The notes: generated by a model not told the origin, from the sequence alone. A DNA stretch of 64,000 nucleotides from Epithemia pelagica (GCA_946965045.2 OX337229.1:3472001-3536000), one strand, 5' to 3'. Positions 14,888-28,138 are shown, counted from the first letter of the stretch. Translations and numbers: made by a program.

Positions 14888-15590
14888 AACGACACCCTGT
14901 CAAGAGAGAACCTGCTGTGGTGGTTCGGGGTGGTCTGTTGGGTGTTGTTGTTGTTGGTTTCGTTGTCGTTGTTGTCTCGTCATGGTTCGAATCTCGTCCA
15001 TGCGATTCGGACACAGAGGAATGGTGCCAATCATGAGCAACGACACCCTGTCAAGAGAGAACCTGCTGTGGTGGTTCGGGGTGGTCTGTTGGGTGTTGTT
15101 GTTGTTGGTTTCGTTGTCGTTGTTGTCTCGTCATGGTTCGAATCTCGTCCATGCGATTCGGACACAGAGGAATGGTGCCAATCATGAGCAACGACACCCT
15201 GTCAAGAGAGAACCTGCTGTGGTGGTTCGGGGTGGTCTGTTGGGTGTTGTTGTTGTTGGTTTCGTTGTCGTTGTTGTCTCGTCATGGTTCGAATCTCGTC
15301 CATGCGATTCGGACACAGAGGAATGGTGCCAATCATGAGCAACGACACCCTGTCAAGAGAGAACCTGCTGTGGTGGTTCGGGGTGTGTTGTTGTTGTTGG
15401 TTTCGTTGTCGTTGTCGTCTCGTCATGATTCGACTCTCGTCCATGCGATTCGGACACAGAGGAATGGTGCCAATCATGAGCAACGACACCCTGTCAAGAG
15501 AGAACCTGCTGTGGTGGTTCGGGGTGGTCTGTTGGGTGTTGTTGTTGTTGGTTTCGTTGTCGTTGTCGTCTCGTCATGGTTCGACTCGTT
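14888..15590. repeat. Tandem array of 151-bp units (~4.6 copies) with (TTG)n tracts
   Basis: GACACCCTGTCAAGAGAGAACC starts at 14891, 15042, 15193, 15344 and 15485. A partial copy near 15828 runs into a (GA)-rich tract. Confidence 0.95.
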
Positions 15591-16169
15591 CTGTCACAAA
15601 AATAATCTCGTACTGTCACAAAATAGTCGTTCATCACTTTTTCTGACTTGGGCAAGTAGAAAGTTGATTGTTGGATTGTTTTTCTTCATTTTTGCGGCCT
15701 CCCAGCCTCGTCAATCTGGTCCTTGTCTTGAACCTACCCGTCCTCCAACATGGTGACCTGTGCCGCCGCCGTCGTTGCCAATTCAGAGCCAGAGAAGAAT
15801 AGCGACAATCACCACCATGAGCAACGACACCCTGTCAAGAGAGAGAGCGAGAGAGAGCGAGAGAGAGCGAGAGAACGACCAAAGAGATAGGCTTTTGCTC
15901 AACCTTTGTGTGAAATACCGAGACGATGATGATGATTTTATGATTGCTCCTTTTTTGTATGAATGTGAGAAGGAGGAATTTGATGCCAAAAACCCGAGCC
16001 ACTGCAGAATTGTGTTCAATACAAATTACAAGAGTGCGACATCTGGCGGCAGAACGGGGAGTGCGATTGTCCCCCGCCTTTTTTGTTTTGAAAAAGATTC
16101 TGGATTTGCGACTCTTCATTTTACGGACCCTTTTTCGTTTTGTGGATTTGCGATTCTTCATTACGGACC

Positions 16170-17077
16170 ATGGGAAAGCCGCCTACACGTGCGGCTGCAA
16201 AAGCCAAGAAGCATCAGAGCAATTCGCATCTCCGCAAGCTTGCCAAGTCGATTGAGATCCAGCCCAATCGAACTTACAAGCAAGACAAGCAGAACCTTCT
16301 TCGGCGCATCAGGGCGATGGAGAGCAAACCGAAGACACTTCCAAAACCAAAGCCAGTTGGAGCAACAAGGCTCATGAAGAAGCTTGATCAGTTGGCTGGC
16401 GACGGAAATCTCGCGGACCGAGCCAAGCTCCAACATTTTGTCACAGAAAACATCAAGGGCGTCGTCAATCTACAGGGTGCCCTTGTGCGAAAGGAGCACA
16501 ACACAAAGGGCAAGCCTGTGACGACAACAATCAAACGCGTTAAGAGTAAGAAGAATCGCTCTCCTCGTGTCAAGAAGGACAACCTAATGATCTTCGGCAC
16601 GTTCATGGTTGACATGAACGACGAGAAGCAGGACTTCGAGCTAACTACCCGCTACCTCGGGAAGGATCTGGTAACCATCAAAAAGTCGGGCCTGCCGAAT
16701 GCTGGTATGGGAGCTTTTGCTGAGAGTACAAGGAAGGCAAAAGCTTGGGCTACTATTGCAGAACTGTGATTGAGGGGCTCCAAAAAGAGCCATCTCAATT
16801 CGCGATTCGAACGCGATCGAAGACACCCTTCCACATCGAAGCATCGCAACAAGAGCTTTGGATGGGTCTACACTTTGCAAATGACCCTAACTTCCTAAAG
16901 TATGGCACCAAGGAAAAGGTTGACCAGGAAGATACAATCTACAACATTCAAATTGATGGGAAGCTGAAGGTTACAGCAATACGCCATATCCCTTGTGGCA
17001 AAGAGTTGTTCCTATGCTACAATCTAACAGACGGTGGAAATGGCAACGATGAAGACAGTGAAGAAGATGAAGATTAA
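16170..17077 (+). pseudogene. SET-domain protein (~302 aa if a single 1-nt frameshift is repaired)
   Basis: Basic N-terminus, then IKKSGLPNAGMGAFA / frameshift near 16722 / EYKEGKSLGYYC...GLHFANDPN...LKVTAIRHIPCGKELFLCYN, then an acidic tail. This matches the order of SET motifs GxG, YxG, RFxNH and ELxFDY. Confidence 0.7.
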
Positions 17078-17125
17078 GACAATGAATGACTTTCTACGTA
17101 GACAAAGATTCTTAGTACAGACTAT

Positions 17126-18073
17126 CTAGTAATTGTAGTACTCGTCCTGAGAGAAGGGACAACAATCCTGGGTGTCTTGGAACCCATCGTCAACTTGGGA
17201 GTCTTGTTGGGCAATGTTGGGATCCACGTCACAGAAGAGCTTCTGGCGGTGGTGGAACAAAACCTCGGGCGTTGACGGCTTGTTCTTGGCAGGAAGGGCC
17301 TTGAATGGTGTTCCACCTGTGTGGAACTTGACCTGCTGCTCACACAGGGTGCGATTTACAGCATACTGTTGACCTGGTGTCATAATGGAGGATGCCACCG
17401 GTTCGGCCACCACCACTTCTTCTTCCTTGTCTTCAGCCTCATCCACCATCTTTTCAACATTGACTCCGACAAACTGCACTTTGGACGGAGTCTTGAGAAC
17501 TTGACCCCCTGTAGGTCAAAACCACAAAGAACAAAATAGAAACGTTGTTAGTTGTCAATTCAGGTCGACAATCAACTGCAGTGCCCACTTACCAAAACTA
17601 CTCTTGTTATCCGTATCCTCTTGTAGGTCATCCACATCAGTACCAATCTGGTGATGAAGCGTTTCGATGATACCGGCAAAGGTGATTTCACCTCCTTTGC
17701 TGTGTTGGCGGCAGATTCCAAGCGTTGTCACTCCATTGCCATCAGCAAGGCTAAGCTGCCACTGTGTGGCTCCTTGCAGGGCAGCCTTGTACCGCTCCTT
17801 CTTGTCAGCTCCCTCAACTGGAGCAAGCACGACAACATTGTTGGAAGCTTTGGACTGGTGCTGCTTCTCCTTACGTTTGGTCGTCTTGAGAGAAGATTCG
17901 GGTGAGACATCTTCGTTGTTCTTCTTCTTGTTGCGTTTGGTGCTCACCAGTTTCTTGCTGGGAGTCTTGGTCCTCGATGGGGTATTCATAGCCCCAATCT
18001 TTGGAGCAACACCCTCGGATTTGGTGCTCGAGGCAAGCCGGTTTGAACGACGTGGCTTGGTGTTGGTGCTCAT
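17126..18073 (-). CDS. Hypothetical basic protein inside the transposon, 2 exons (~287 aa)
   Basis: GT-AG intron 17592-17509 with a CTAAC branch point and a pyrimidine tract. It joins ORF-track frames 17555-18073 and 17126-17479 in frame (NKSSFG|GQVLKTPSKVQFVGV). The N-terminus is K/R-rich and NLS-like. Confidence 0.7.
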
Positions 18074-18206
18074 CTTCTTTGCCGATTTTGTGAGAGTGGT
18101 GAGTGGTGGGTATCCTTAGAGAGTCCTGCAAGTATGCGCAAGCCGAAAAGAAAGTGTGTGCATGCTCGGAACAAGGACCAAAATCGCGCAATCTACTTAG
18201 ATCACC

Positions 18207-18872
18207 ATGGTGGAGGTGCGCGCAAGTGCTCCGACCAACCCGGGGGGCCGCCACATTTCGGAGCCATCCGCAAACGAAAAGCAAACCAAACGATTTGAAT
18301 TCAACACGCAACAATCCAACATCGCTTTAGTAACAAGCGAGGAGGACTCAGGCAGCAGCAACAACTCAACAATGGATGGATTGGACTTTTTTTTCAACGC
18401 GGAGCAAGAAGGCAACGGTGGCGGCGGAGGCGCTGGTGTACGGTTTCGGACAAGCTTCTACGCGAAGAATGTCAACGTTCTCATGGCTCCGATGACTGAC
18501 AACCTTGGACGTCACGGACGGAACGTTGTGGATCGTGGACACGCCCTCCTACAGCGAGAAATAGAGACGGATTATCTCCGGCTTGCCTTTTTCAAGCGAG
18601 AAGCCCGCTCCGAACACGTTGACCCGCTGGTTGTGCTTCCTATTGGCTTCATTATGAAGACAGACATGCAAGCAGTGGCATCACCTACGCAGGAAAAGAA
18701 AGTTAAGGGCCGAATTCGCTTTTACACACGATGCACCATTGATACGCAGGTTTGCATGGACCCAATGGTGCTCACTGTCTACATGCAAGTTGAGGAGATG
18801 AACGAGCTCAATGCTGCACTTGGCTCTATGACGACCAATTTCCCAAACCAAGGTCTCTTCTTCACAATGTAG
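18207..18872 (+). CDS. Hypothetical protein inside the transposon
   Basis: 221 aa ATG ORF, head-to-head with the spliced gene (~130 bp gap), ending ~210 bp inside the right TIR. No family recognised. Confidence 0.5.
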   Translation: MVEVRASAPTNPGGRHISEPSANEKQTKRFEFNTQQSNIALVTSEEDSGSSNNSTMDGLDFFFNAEQEGNGGGGGAGVRFRTSFYAKNVNVLMAPMTDNLGRHGRNVVDRGHALLQREIETDYLRLAFFKREARSEHVDPLVVLPIGFIMKTDMQAVASPTQEKKVKGRIRFYTRCTIDTQVCMDPMVLTVYMQVEEMNELNAALGSMTTNFPNQGLFFTM

Positions 18873-19208
18873 TCCACCTAATACCTATTAGAACGATTAG
18901 TAACATCAACTCTTACGTTTACAGCCATGAACGGCATCGTTTTCCAATGAACATCCAAATTTGCCGTCATCATGGTCGATGAACAAAGGGGCATAGATAA
19001 TTACTATCATTGTTTATGTACAAAATTGTCAGTACAGTATTTGTACTGTAATAGACTAGGCAGGTCGCTCGTGAAGCCAGCTTGTGATAGTGATAGAATT
19101 AGGAGTACGAGTTGTCTTGGTAGACTTTAACAAGCAGATGATTTAAAGAGGAGATCCCTCTAGATCAGTCTCGTCGTTTCCTACCATAGTCCTTTGAGAC
19201 CCACGCAT

Positions 19209-20646
19209 CTAGATGTAGGCAATGGCACCGTTGAACCGGAAATCAACAATTTTCCAAACCAGCTCTCCTTCGCTTTCTCGGAATTCTCGTTGAAAGGCCG
19301 CCACATAAGAGTTTGCTCGGATGTCATCTTCTGACCCCTCCACTATTGTACCGTCCTCTTTCTTTCTGACGCAGTTTATTTGTTGGACCATAAAATGAAG
19401 CAAAATGATAGGCGATCCTTTCTGTGGTAACAAAGAACCATTTAGGCATGTGACGTGCAGGTTACAAAACCAATCCCTTTGTCGCGGTACATACCTCAAG
19501 TGTATCCGGCTACGTGTTCCCATAACAATCAACACATCGATTCCAACCAAAAGATGAGATGTCATTCATCATCGCTTGTCATCGATTTATCCTCCCACTT
19601 ACCTCGACTGACAGTATCTCCGAATTCATAATCCCCAACACATGTGTGTCGATTTCAACGCCTTCCTTTTTCCGAGCCGTGATTTCTGCTGCAATGCGCT
19701 GGAAAACTGATTCACCCAGCCAGTCCTTCAACTGATTCACCCGTCCTTCCAGAAACCATTGCATTATTTGTGGAAGAGTGTGTTCGACAACGTCGCGGCG
19801 CCAGTCGTCTAAGGTGAAGGAAGGATCCAGTTCACGAAGCTCTTTGACAGCTCTTGTTTCAGCGGATTCAGCAGTTAAAGTGTCGTAAACACTGGAAACT
19901 CTGTAAACCCATGGATTTTGACTCGTCTCCCATGCTTCTCGTGCATCCTCTTTGATTTCATCGATACGTTCCTTCGCCTTTTTGGCACCAGACTTCTCAT
20001 AAAACTCTTCTGTTCTACTTAACATATCTTGGATAATGGGAGCATCAGTCAATCGTTTTTGCATTCGTTCCCATGCCGTCAGATTTTCAGATGGATCAAT
20101 TACCATAATATCGACGGGTCCTGTGTACGGTGCATCACCCGCTGCGGTAGCAACTGGATATATCTTCTTGTTGATTGATTTTCGCTCACCAGATTGAACA
20201 AGGTCTTTCCAAGCAAGATTGACCTCATCTGATACTTTAGACCAAACAGAAGCCGCACCGCGTAGAAAAGAATTTGTGTTGTTGCTACTGCTGGAGTTTG
20301 TCCCGGACGCGTCACTATCTTGTGATGAACTTCCACTTTCACCTCGAAGACGATTCACAGTATCTTGAAAGGACTCGTCTGAACCATTGGATGATTCAGT
20401 TCTTGAATCCTTTGGAAGTTCTTTGTCTTGGTCGTCCGTGTCCTTTCCGCTCTTGTTCTTGTCGTCTGCCGTCGACAAAAGTCGTCGATCGACCCAACTT
20501 CTGTGAGTCAGCGGGGCGAAACATCTATCAATCATTATCGAAGGAAAAGTTGCGGAATGACCATTGCTTTTGATTGATCTCAATCGGTGCTGCCACACAC
20601 ACAGCCTCGACATTTGACGAAGCGTCCCTCGTGTTTGCGACGCCAT
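19209..20646 (-). CDS. TIM44: Mitochondrial import translocase subunit Tim44 (spliced)
   Basis: Mitochondrial-type presequence. Tim44 C-terminal domain ELDPSFTLDDWRRDVVEHTLPQIMQWFLEG...LKDWLGES, continuing after an intron near 19610-19430 into IILLHFMVQQINCVRKK...VEGSEDDI...WKIVDF. Confidence 0.85.
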
Positions 20647-20700
20647 GGTTGCGACTACAGACGATCAAGTTAGAAGTTAGGGGTGGTACAATAGAACAAT

Positions 20701-21362
20701 GGGTCTTTACTGAAATGTTTTTATCATAAACATAACATAAAACATAAACACAAAGTTTTTGCCTCGTTATGTTATGTTTATGTTTATGACTGCTCATGCC
20801 ACTGAAACTCTTTGAAACATAAAACATAACTATCGTAACATAAAACATAACCTATCGTAATGCTGTAACACAAAAATTCTCCGAAGTTTCCCCCCACCTC
20901 AATCCGACGCATCTCTACATATGCTTTTGCCTTGCTTTTTGTTCTTCGGTCTTTGGCATCAAAAAAGAGGTGAGAGTGCGATGAACTACCATCATCACGC
21001 TTGATGATTCTTCTTCCTTCTTCCTTCTTCCTCATCAAGCATTGAGCGGAAGTGACATACCCAGTACCCAGTGTACCAGTGTATCATCTCGGCAAAGTTC
21101 CAACAAGAGTCCCTGGGGAGCTCGTGTCCATTTTCATGCGCATGCCCGGTGTTGGGCATGCGTTGAGAATTTTTCAGATGTGTTTTGTGTTATGTTTGAA
21201 CACAACGGTTATGAGGCATGAATTCATGCCTCATAACCAAGCGACGAATCATAAACTCAAACATAACCAATAGGTTATGAGCGGGTTATGAGCCCTACAA
21301 AAATTTGCGTTGTGTTTATGTTTTATGTTATGTTTATGATAAAAACATTTCAGAAAAGACCC
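20701..21362. mobile_element. MITE, Harbinger/Tourist-like
   Basis: ~55-bp TIRs GGGTCTTT(A/T)CTGAAATGTTTTTATCATAAACATAACATAAAACATAAACACA, an AAT 3-bp TSD on both sides, internal CATAA/TTATG repeats and no credible ORF. Confidence 0.85.
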
Positions 21363-21567
21363 AATTTTGTGGGCGTTGGCCACGTCTAAAAACCAGACGT
21401 CCAGATCGGTCGCTTTTACGGCACTCATTTGGCGCCGGGAGTAAATGTCTTCTTCCCAAGGCGGGACTACAATATAGCTCTTGCTAGCTTTATGTTCATG
21501 TCGGATGGACAAGTAGTCCTGCTCCTAGAATCCTGCACCTGGGACAATTCGAAAAGCCGAAGGTAAC

Positions 21568-23878
21568 TCACACAAATTCAACGGAGCTATCCAGACTGGC
21601 CGAAGAGCCCATGGCGCTACCGATCTTCACTTTTGCCTCAGAAGTCCCTGATTGCTGAATTGGAACATTGCGCTCTTCGTCGTCTTGTTTGAAAATATCA
21701 TTTTCGAGGTTCGAACTCATATTTAAGAAATGTAGAGCTGCTTGCAATGTTGCCAAGGCATACCCTTCCCGCCCTCGTAGCAGTTGTTCATCTCGGGCAA
21801 ACTCCTCCACGAAAGCAATTTCAGTGTTGATCGACGCAAGTTGGACAGCCACAACATGCTGACAAACCATTTTCAAAAGGGAATCTGCTGAGAGCACTGA
21901 ATTATTGTCATCTGTTCGGGAAAAATGAGCCGAGATCTTTTCCAAAAAGATGGTACAGCATCTCAATTTTTCGACAGCCGTCGAAAAGGTAGGGACCTGT
22001 CGCAGGGCATTCAGTGCTTCATCGGAAATGCCAGTCGGAAAGCTGATCAATGTATTCGCTTGTGTCCGCTGGAAATCAGCGATTTTCTCAGTTAAATGAG
22101 CGTCCTTTGGGTACGCTTCATGTCGTATTTCTTCAAACACAACGTCGTAGATCTGTCCAAACACAAAGCCCTCGACCGCAGTTGCGGTAAGCTCCGTCAA
22201 TGCCGCAGTATGGCCGAATCCAGGACGTTCCTCCAACAATGACGCTGTGACATGCTTTATCACCGCGTGAGCATCATCACGTCGACGTCGACATGGCACC
22301 CCGTCGACTGCACAGACATCTTCCTTACATCTCTCCTTGAATGTTTCAATTAAAGATCTGTAGACATACCCTGGAACACTGCTCTTGTCATTAAGAATCC
22401 GACTGGCGAGCAGGAGAACTTTTTCAGTTGTCGGGATCTCTTCTTCTGTGGGTTGCACGATATCCGAATCGCGCTGATACCTTTCACGAGCAGGATTTTT
22501 CTCACTAGAGAGCAGAAAGAATCCTCGCTTTGGATCAGGAGAATTTCTCTTTGCTTCTTTGTAGATATCTTCCCATACTGGGTCCACATGGATGTTGGGT
22601 CTCACGAGAAGCACTTTTCTGGAGGTTCCTTCTTCTCCCATCGTCAAAACACGCCTTTCATCCATATGGTCTTGGATTTGTTTTGCAGTATAACTCGCTG
22701 TCGCAACACTAGCCACCACAATGCCAATGCTTACCGAACCTTCAAGTACGACACCCAGAACACTTGCCGTTTGTCCTAATTTGCTGTTCAAACAGTAACG
22801 AGAAGATGTGTGAGATGCTATAGTGTGTGTGTGTTTCCGGGTAAGACAACATGCGCATGACGTACTACCCTGCATATGCGCCTGATTTACAAAGAAGCAA
22901 TTCGCTTGAGAAATAACAACGCACGTAATAGCGAGCTTGAAGTAACAAAGGGCGAAGCTTACCTGCTGGCCCTGCCAATGCTAGCCCCGCAAACCCACCA
23001 GCGATTCCCCCAGCAAAAGTGGCCATTCCAAGGCGTGCTGGCAAGTTTACCGTGGTCCGAACTGCTTGTATGGTCCCACTAGCAAGTTTCATCAACGGAT
23101 TCCCCTCATCATTGTCTTTCTCTTCTTCTCTTTGTTTTGCTTTCAGAGACAGTGCCTCGGTGACTGAAGTGTCCCATTCCTTGTCCTCAATATCACTCGC
23201 AGTGTTCTTGGGTCGAAAGTGAGCCATGATGTTCTCTTGTAGAGCTCTACTAACGCTTGCAAAAGGATGGTCTGCGTGGTGAGGAGGAGTCACGTAAACT
23301 TCATCCGTATTGTGAGCATTTGAATCGTTTGAAGAAGTGGGTATTGTTATTGTAGGAACCATTGACTTCGGTTTCCCGTTTGCCCAATGGTTTGGAGGAC
23401 CGTTCGAAGTCCACTCCATCAGCAGCAATGCTTCTTCATCGGCAGATTCTCCTTTTGTCTCGTCCTGGTGCGCGTCACTTTCGGAAATACTTCTGCTGTT
23501 TCGAGCTGGGGAGGATGCACTCTGAAAATCGATAAGGCTTCTGTTGACGGGGCACGTTTCCTTCCATCTCATATGTTGGTTTGCAGTACAGACCCGATGA
23601 GCATACGCTCCACAAGCAATGCATTTCACAATTTGCCTGGAAGAATCGCTGGTAGGAAAGAGTACAGGGTGTATTCGTTTTTCACATGCAATGCATTTCC
23701 GCAAAGCAGCCGTTAACATGAAGCTGGTGGTCTGAAACGAATGAAAATGTCGGGAATCCGCGCATATTCCGGAATTCTCCATAGTACGAATTGTCCACTC
23801 TGGTTCAGTGGTCACATTATCCATAATGGGAAAGGTGGCGACGTAATCCTCGTCTATCGAAGAACGACCAGGGGTCAT
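21568..23878 (-). CDS. VPS9-domain (Rab5 GEF-like) protein with an N-terminal C1-like Cys/His domain and a Gly-rich segment, multi-exon
   Basis: N-terminal CIACEKRIH...KCIACGAYAHRVC. VPS9 motifs KLRCCTIFLEKI, LSADSLLKMV and GREGYALATLQAALHFL. Introns lie near 22970-22780. Confidence 0.75.
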
Positions 23879-24675
23879 GGTTGTTGTGTATCTGATCTGA
23901 TGGATTGTTCTGTGATTTGGTTTGTGTTGTTTGTTCGCACAAGTCACGAATCGGTGAGACCCGCAAAGACACGATCGAATGCCGTCATTGGCAGGTAGCA
24001 TGCATAGTATATCACAAACCTCTTCTATATTGTAAGCGCTGTAGCTGTAGGCTCCTACCTAGGTAGGTACTCCGTAGATAGGTTTCGTTCGGAGTCCGGG
24101 GAATGGTCAGTAGTAAAAGGTCCATTACGGATCGTATCACTGTCATTTCCATCGTCTCTCTCAACCCGCAACATGCAGATGTCCAAGTTACCTACTTCTA
24201 GGACAAAAACAATATCGGCTGATGGGGTTTTGGGGGTTTGTAAGTGTGAGGGCGTGTGCTAGGGGTGAGGGGGGTCATGATGTGTCGTGTTGTTTGTGTG
24301 GCTGAAAGCACAATATGCAAGGTGGTTTGCTCTTACGTGTCTTTCCCAGCATCCGCGTATGCAAAACGTGCAATTGCGACGTATGCGTGTGTCGATTGTC
24401 GATTGTCGATATGCGGATTTTGCCCCCGTCGCCCAGCGCGAGAATCTCGCTGGCAAAACTCCACGAATCTCATATGTGTGGGGCTTCGACAAAAATGTGC
24501 TACGAATTCTTTCGACGTATGGTCATCTTTTCCCCCACCACGTCAATGCTGCGACGTACGTCACTTACCGCCATGTCTAACCTTATCACAAGAACTCTTT
24601 CCCCTCACTCAACAATTGATGCCATATCTTCGCATATCTCGTGGCTTCATACGTTTGTCCACCAAAGAAACAACC

Positions 24676-26967
24676 ATGAAGTTCTCCGCTGTTGCTCTTC
24701 TCGCCGCCTGCTATGGTGCCAGTGTGGACGCGTTCGCCACCACCCAGCTCAAGGGCTTCGGTGTTCAGGTGCGTCATATTAGTTTGGGAATTCGACGATG
24801 TTTCGACGTTGTGAGCGCATCGAACAGTTTTGAGAATTGTTTTACTTCTGAAGGATGCTATTCCCAAATGTAGCCTGTAAATGTGCCATTGAATCTTACA
24901 TGTGTCGTTTCGTCTATTCCTCTATGAAAGGCTTCTGCCTTGAAGATGAGCACTGCCGTCGAAACCGATCAGATGGCCGCTCTTGCCACAGCTGCCAAGG
25001 AAGCACGTGGTCTTGCGATGGACTCAATTGCCGCTGCTCACTCAGGTCACATGGGTCTCCCCCTTGGTTGCGCTGAGATTGGATCTGTCCTTTTCGGCTC
25101 CCAAATGTCCTACCACGCCGCTGACCCACAGTGGGTCAACCGTGACCGCTTCATCCTTTCTGCCGGTCATGGTTCCATGTTCATCTACTCCTGGCTCAAC
25201 CTTGCCGGATACGATCTTCCAATGGACGAAGTCAAGAACTTCCGTCAACACCACTCCATGACGCCTGGTCACCCTGAATTCCCCAGTTCCGAACATAACA
25301 CGCCAGGAATTGAATGCACCACTGGTCCCCTCGGACAGGGTATCTCGAACGCGGTTGGTTTCGCCGCCTCTGAGAAAATGGCCGCTGCCATCTACAACAC
25401 CGATGACCACAAGATCTTTGATCACCACATCTTCGCTCTTGCCGGTGACGGTTGCATCCAAGAAGGTGTTTCGTCTGAGGCTGCCTGCTTCGCCGCCCAC
25501 GAGAAGCTCGACAACCTCATCGTCATGTACGACGCCAACGAAGTCACTCTTGACAAGATGGCTGAATACACGCAGTCCGAAGATGTGATTGCCCGTTACA
25601 ATGCCTATGGCTGGGAAACATACGAGATCGACGGACATGACCTTGCCGCTGTCGAAGAAACCATTGCCAAGGCCAAGGCTAGCAACAATGGCAAGCCCAA
25701 GTTCATCAAGTGCAACACCATCATTGGTAAGGGAATGGAAGAGACCGAAGGTACCAACGCTGCCCATGGAGAAGCCGGTGTTCCCTACGTCGACAAGGCT
25801 AAGGCCAACATTGGTCTCCCAGAAGGAGAGAAGTGGTTCGTTTCCGAAGAAACCCGTGAATTCTTCAAGGGTGTCCAAGAAAAGAACAAGGCTGTTTACG
25901 ACGAATGGCAAGCCACTTTCTCTGCCTGGTCTGAGGCCAACCCCGAACTCGCCAAGCAACTTGATGACGCTGTCAACGACAATGTTATGTCCTCTGAGGA
26001 AATGATTGGTGCTATTCCCGAGATGAAGTCTGGTGCTGAAGCCACCCGTGTCTCTGGAAACAAGGTTATCCAAGAAATCTCCAAACTTGTTCCCCACTAC
26101 GTTTCTGGATCTGCTGATCTTCACGGATCTACCCGAAATTACATCAATGACGGTGGAAACTTCGGTGCTGGCCTTGACAAGACTTACTCTGGAAAGAACT
26201 TGTATTTCGGTATCCGTGAACACGCCATGGGATCGATCATGAATGGATTTGCTTACCACGGATTGTTCAAGATCTCTGGATCTACTTTCTTGGTCTTCGT
26301 TGACTACTTGCGTGCCACTGTTCGTGTTGCTTCGCTCTCTGAACTCAACCGCGTCTCTTACATCCTTACCCACGACTCTATCGGTGTTGGTGAGGACGGA
26401 CCTACACATCAACCCGTTGAGACTGTTTCTGGTCTCCGTGTCATCCCCAACTTGGATGTCTACCGCCCAAGTGATGCTGAGGAAACTGTCGCCGCCATGG
26501 TTCACTCTGTTACCCGTGAGGATGGACCCACTGCTCTCATCTTCTCTCGCCAAAACATTGCCCAAAACGATGATATGGACTTTATGGCCCGTCGTGAAGG
26601 TGCCCTCAAGGGAGCCTATGTTGCCAAGGAAGAAACCGCTGATTTGGACCTCATCATCATGGCAACTGGATCTGAAGTTCCTCATGCACTTGAAGCCGCC
26701 AAGGACTTGCCTGGAGCCCGTGTTGTTTCTATGCCCTGTATGGAAGTGTTCGAGCGCCAGAGTGATGAATACAAGGAATCTGTTCTTCCTTCGTCATGCA
26801 CAAAGCGTATCGCCATGGAAGCGGGTGTTTCTGGCCTTTGGTACAAGTACGCTAGCAAGGTTGTCGGTGTTGACCGATTCGGTTTCTCTGCCCCAGGTGA
26901 CATTGTCATGAAGGAACTCGGCATGACAGCAGAAAACCTCGCCACCGAAATTGCCTCCATGAGCTAA
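24676..26967 (+). CDS. TKL: Plastid-targeted transketolase (2 exons)
   Basis: Motifs [46 protein letters not shown] and [18 protein letters not shown]. Exon 1 (24676-24768, [22 protein letters not shown]) is a bipartite presequence. Intron 24769-24930. Confidence 0.95.
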
Positions 26968-27068
26968 ATTGACAAATAGAACTTTAGTAAATCACATGTG
27001 ACTGTAAACCACTCTAACCCACTACAAATTATTTGTATGAGACGATTCTACCTTGACATATTAAATTA

Positions 27069-28138
27069 TTATGTCTGGCTTGATGAGTTCTCGGTGACGC
27101 GGAATATCTTGTGTTGTTGCAGGGTCCTTTCGTCAAGAGGAACTGGTTGTGGTCGCTTCCGTTTAGGCATGGCAAGTCGTCCAAGTGGCCACAACCTTGC
27201 AACAATGATACTTCGGACCCAACTTTGAGGGATGGGACCGTACTGGCGAGAATCCAAGCCCATTCCGGGACAGTCGGCTTCAAGCCAAACGTGTCCCTCA
27301 GGAACCACCTCTGTGCGCAACTCATTTCTATGGTCAATTCCACTCCGTCGCCATTCTTCCGTTTCACGAAATCGATTCAATGACAGCTCAAACAGTGGAT
27401 GCGATTCATCTGGCCACACTCTGCCCAGATTGATTGGGTCCTGAGAGGTAAATATCTGTCGGAGGATTTAGCGCAATGAAAATGAAATCCATGGCGGATC
27501 CAAGGAAGCTACATGATTTGAGTCCTCGCACCTACCTTCACATACTGACCGTAGGATGCAACGGTATCACCTGGAAGTCCAATGACGCGTTTACAGGCAA
27601 CATGGTCCCGTTGTTCAGGTGGCGAAAATCCAACAATGTCACCTTTCCGAAAGACTGTGCCTCCGAATAAGTTGCGTATCCGCCAAAGATACAAGACCCA
27701 CGTTGAACAAGCCCACCAAACTTCCGATCCATCCACAGCTATTGTGGGGATCATACTAGGCCCCGAGAATCGAACAGCATGGAAGGGTCGAGTCTGATCC
27801 CAGGACAGAAACCCGAATAGAACTAAAGCGAAGGGAAGGCGCTGGAGTAGAGAATGGGCATGTTCTCTGGAGTACGGGTGTCCGTTTTTGCGGTAAAAAA
27901 GCGGAGTGACAAATCTTTGGGATAGGTCTGATACTGTTCGTGGCGATTCATCAAGGCCTTGTTTGTCTTGTGAGTCCAAGGTATCTTTCAGTTCCTTCTT
28001 CTCAGTTTTGTTGGACTGTCGGAAATTACGACGATGTCGGCTCTTGAAAGCATACGACTCTGTTCTTTTGTATCCGAAGTGGCGGATCGTTGTAGATTGC
28101 CTCCATCGAGGGGATCGAAATGCTAAAGCACATTGCAT
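27069..28138 (-). CDS. Mitochondrial inner-membrane peptidase IMP1/IMP2-like (S26), 2 exons
   Basis: GPSMIPT (catalytic Ser), KRVIGLPGD (catalytic Lys), VPEGHVWLEAD...DSRQYGPIP...RLWP. Confidence 0.85.

Noticed and set aside
14888-15590. Long overlapping ORFs (95-207 aa) in several frames of the 151-bp array
   Set aside because: They are by-products of stop-poor tandem repeats and no domain is evident. The same applies to the ORFs over 10427-11133.
21272-21296. GGTTATGAGCCC inside the MITE, identical to the first 12 nt of the copia PBS
   Set aside because: The MITE is built from TTATG/CATAA repeats and there is no adjacent LTR, so it is likely a coincidence.
25042-26685. 547 aa antisense ORF over transketolase
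   Set aside because: This is a shadow of the strong codon bias of a highly expressed gene.
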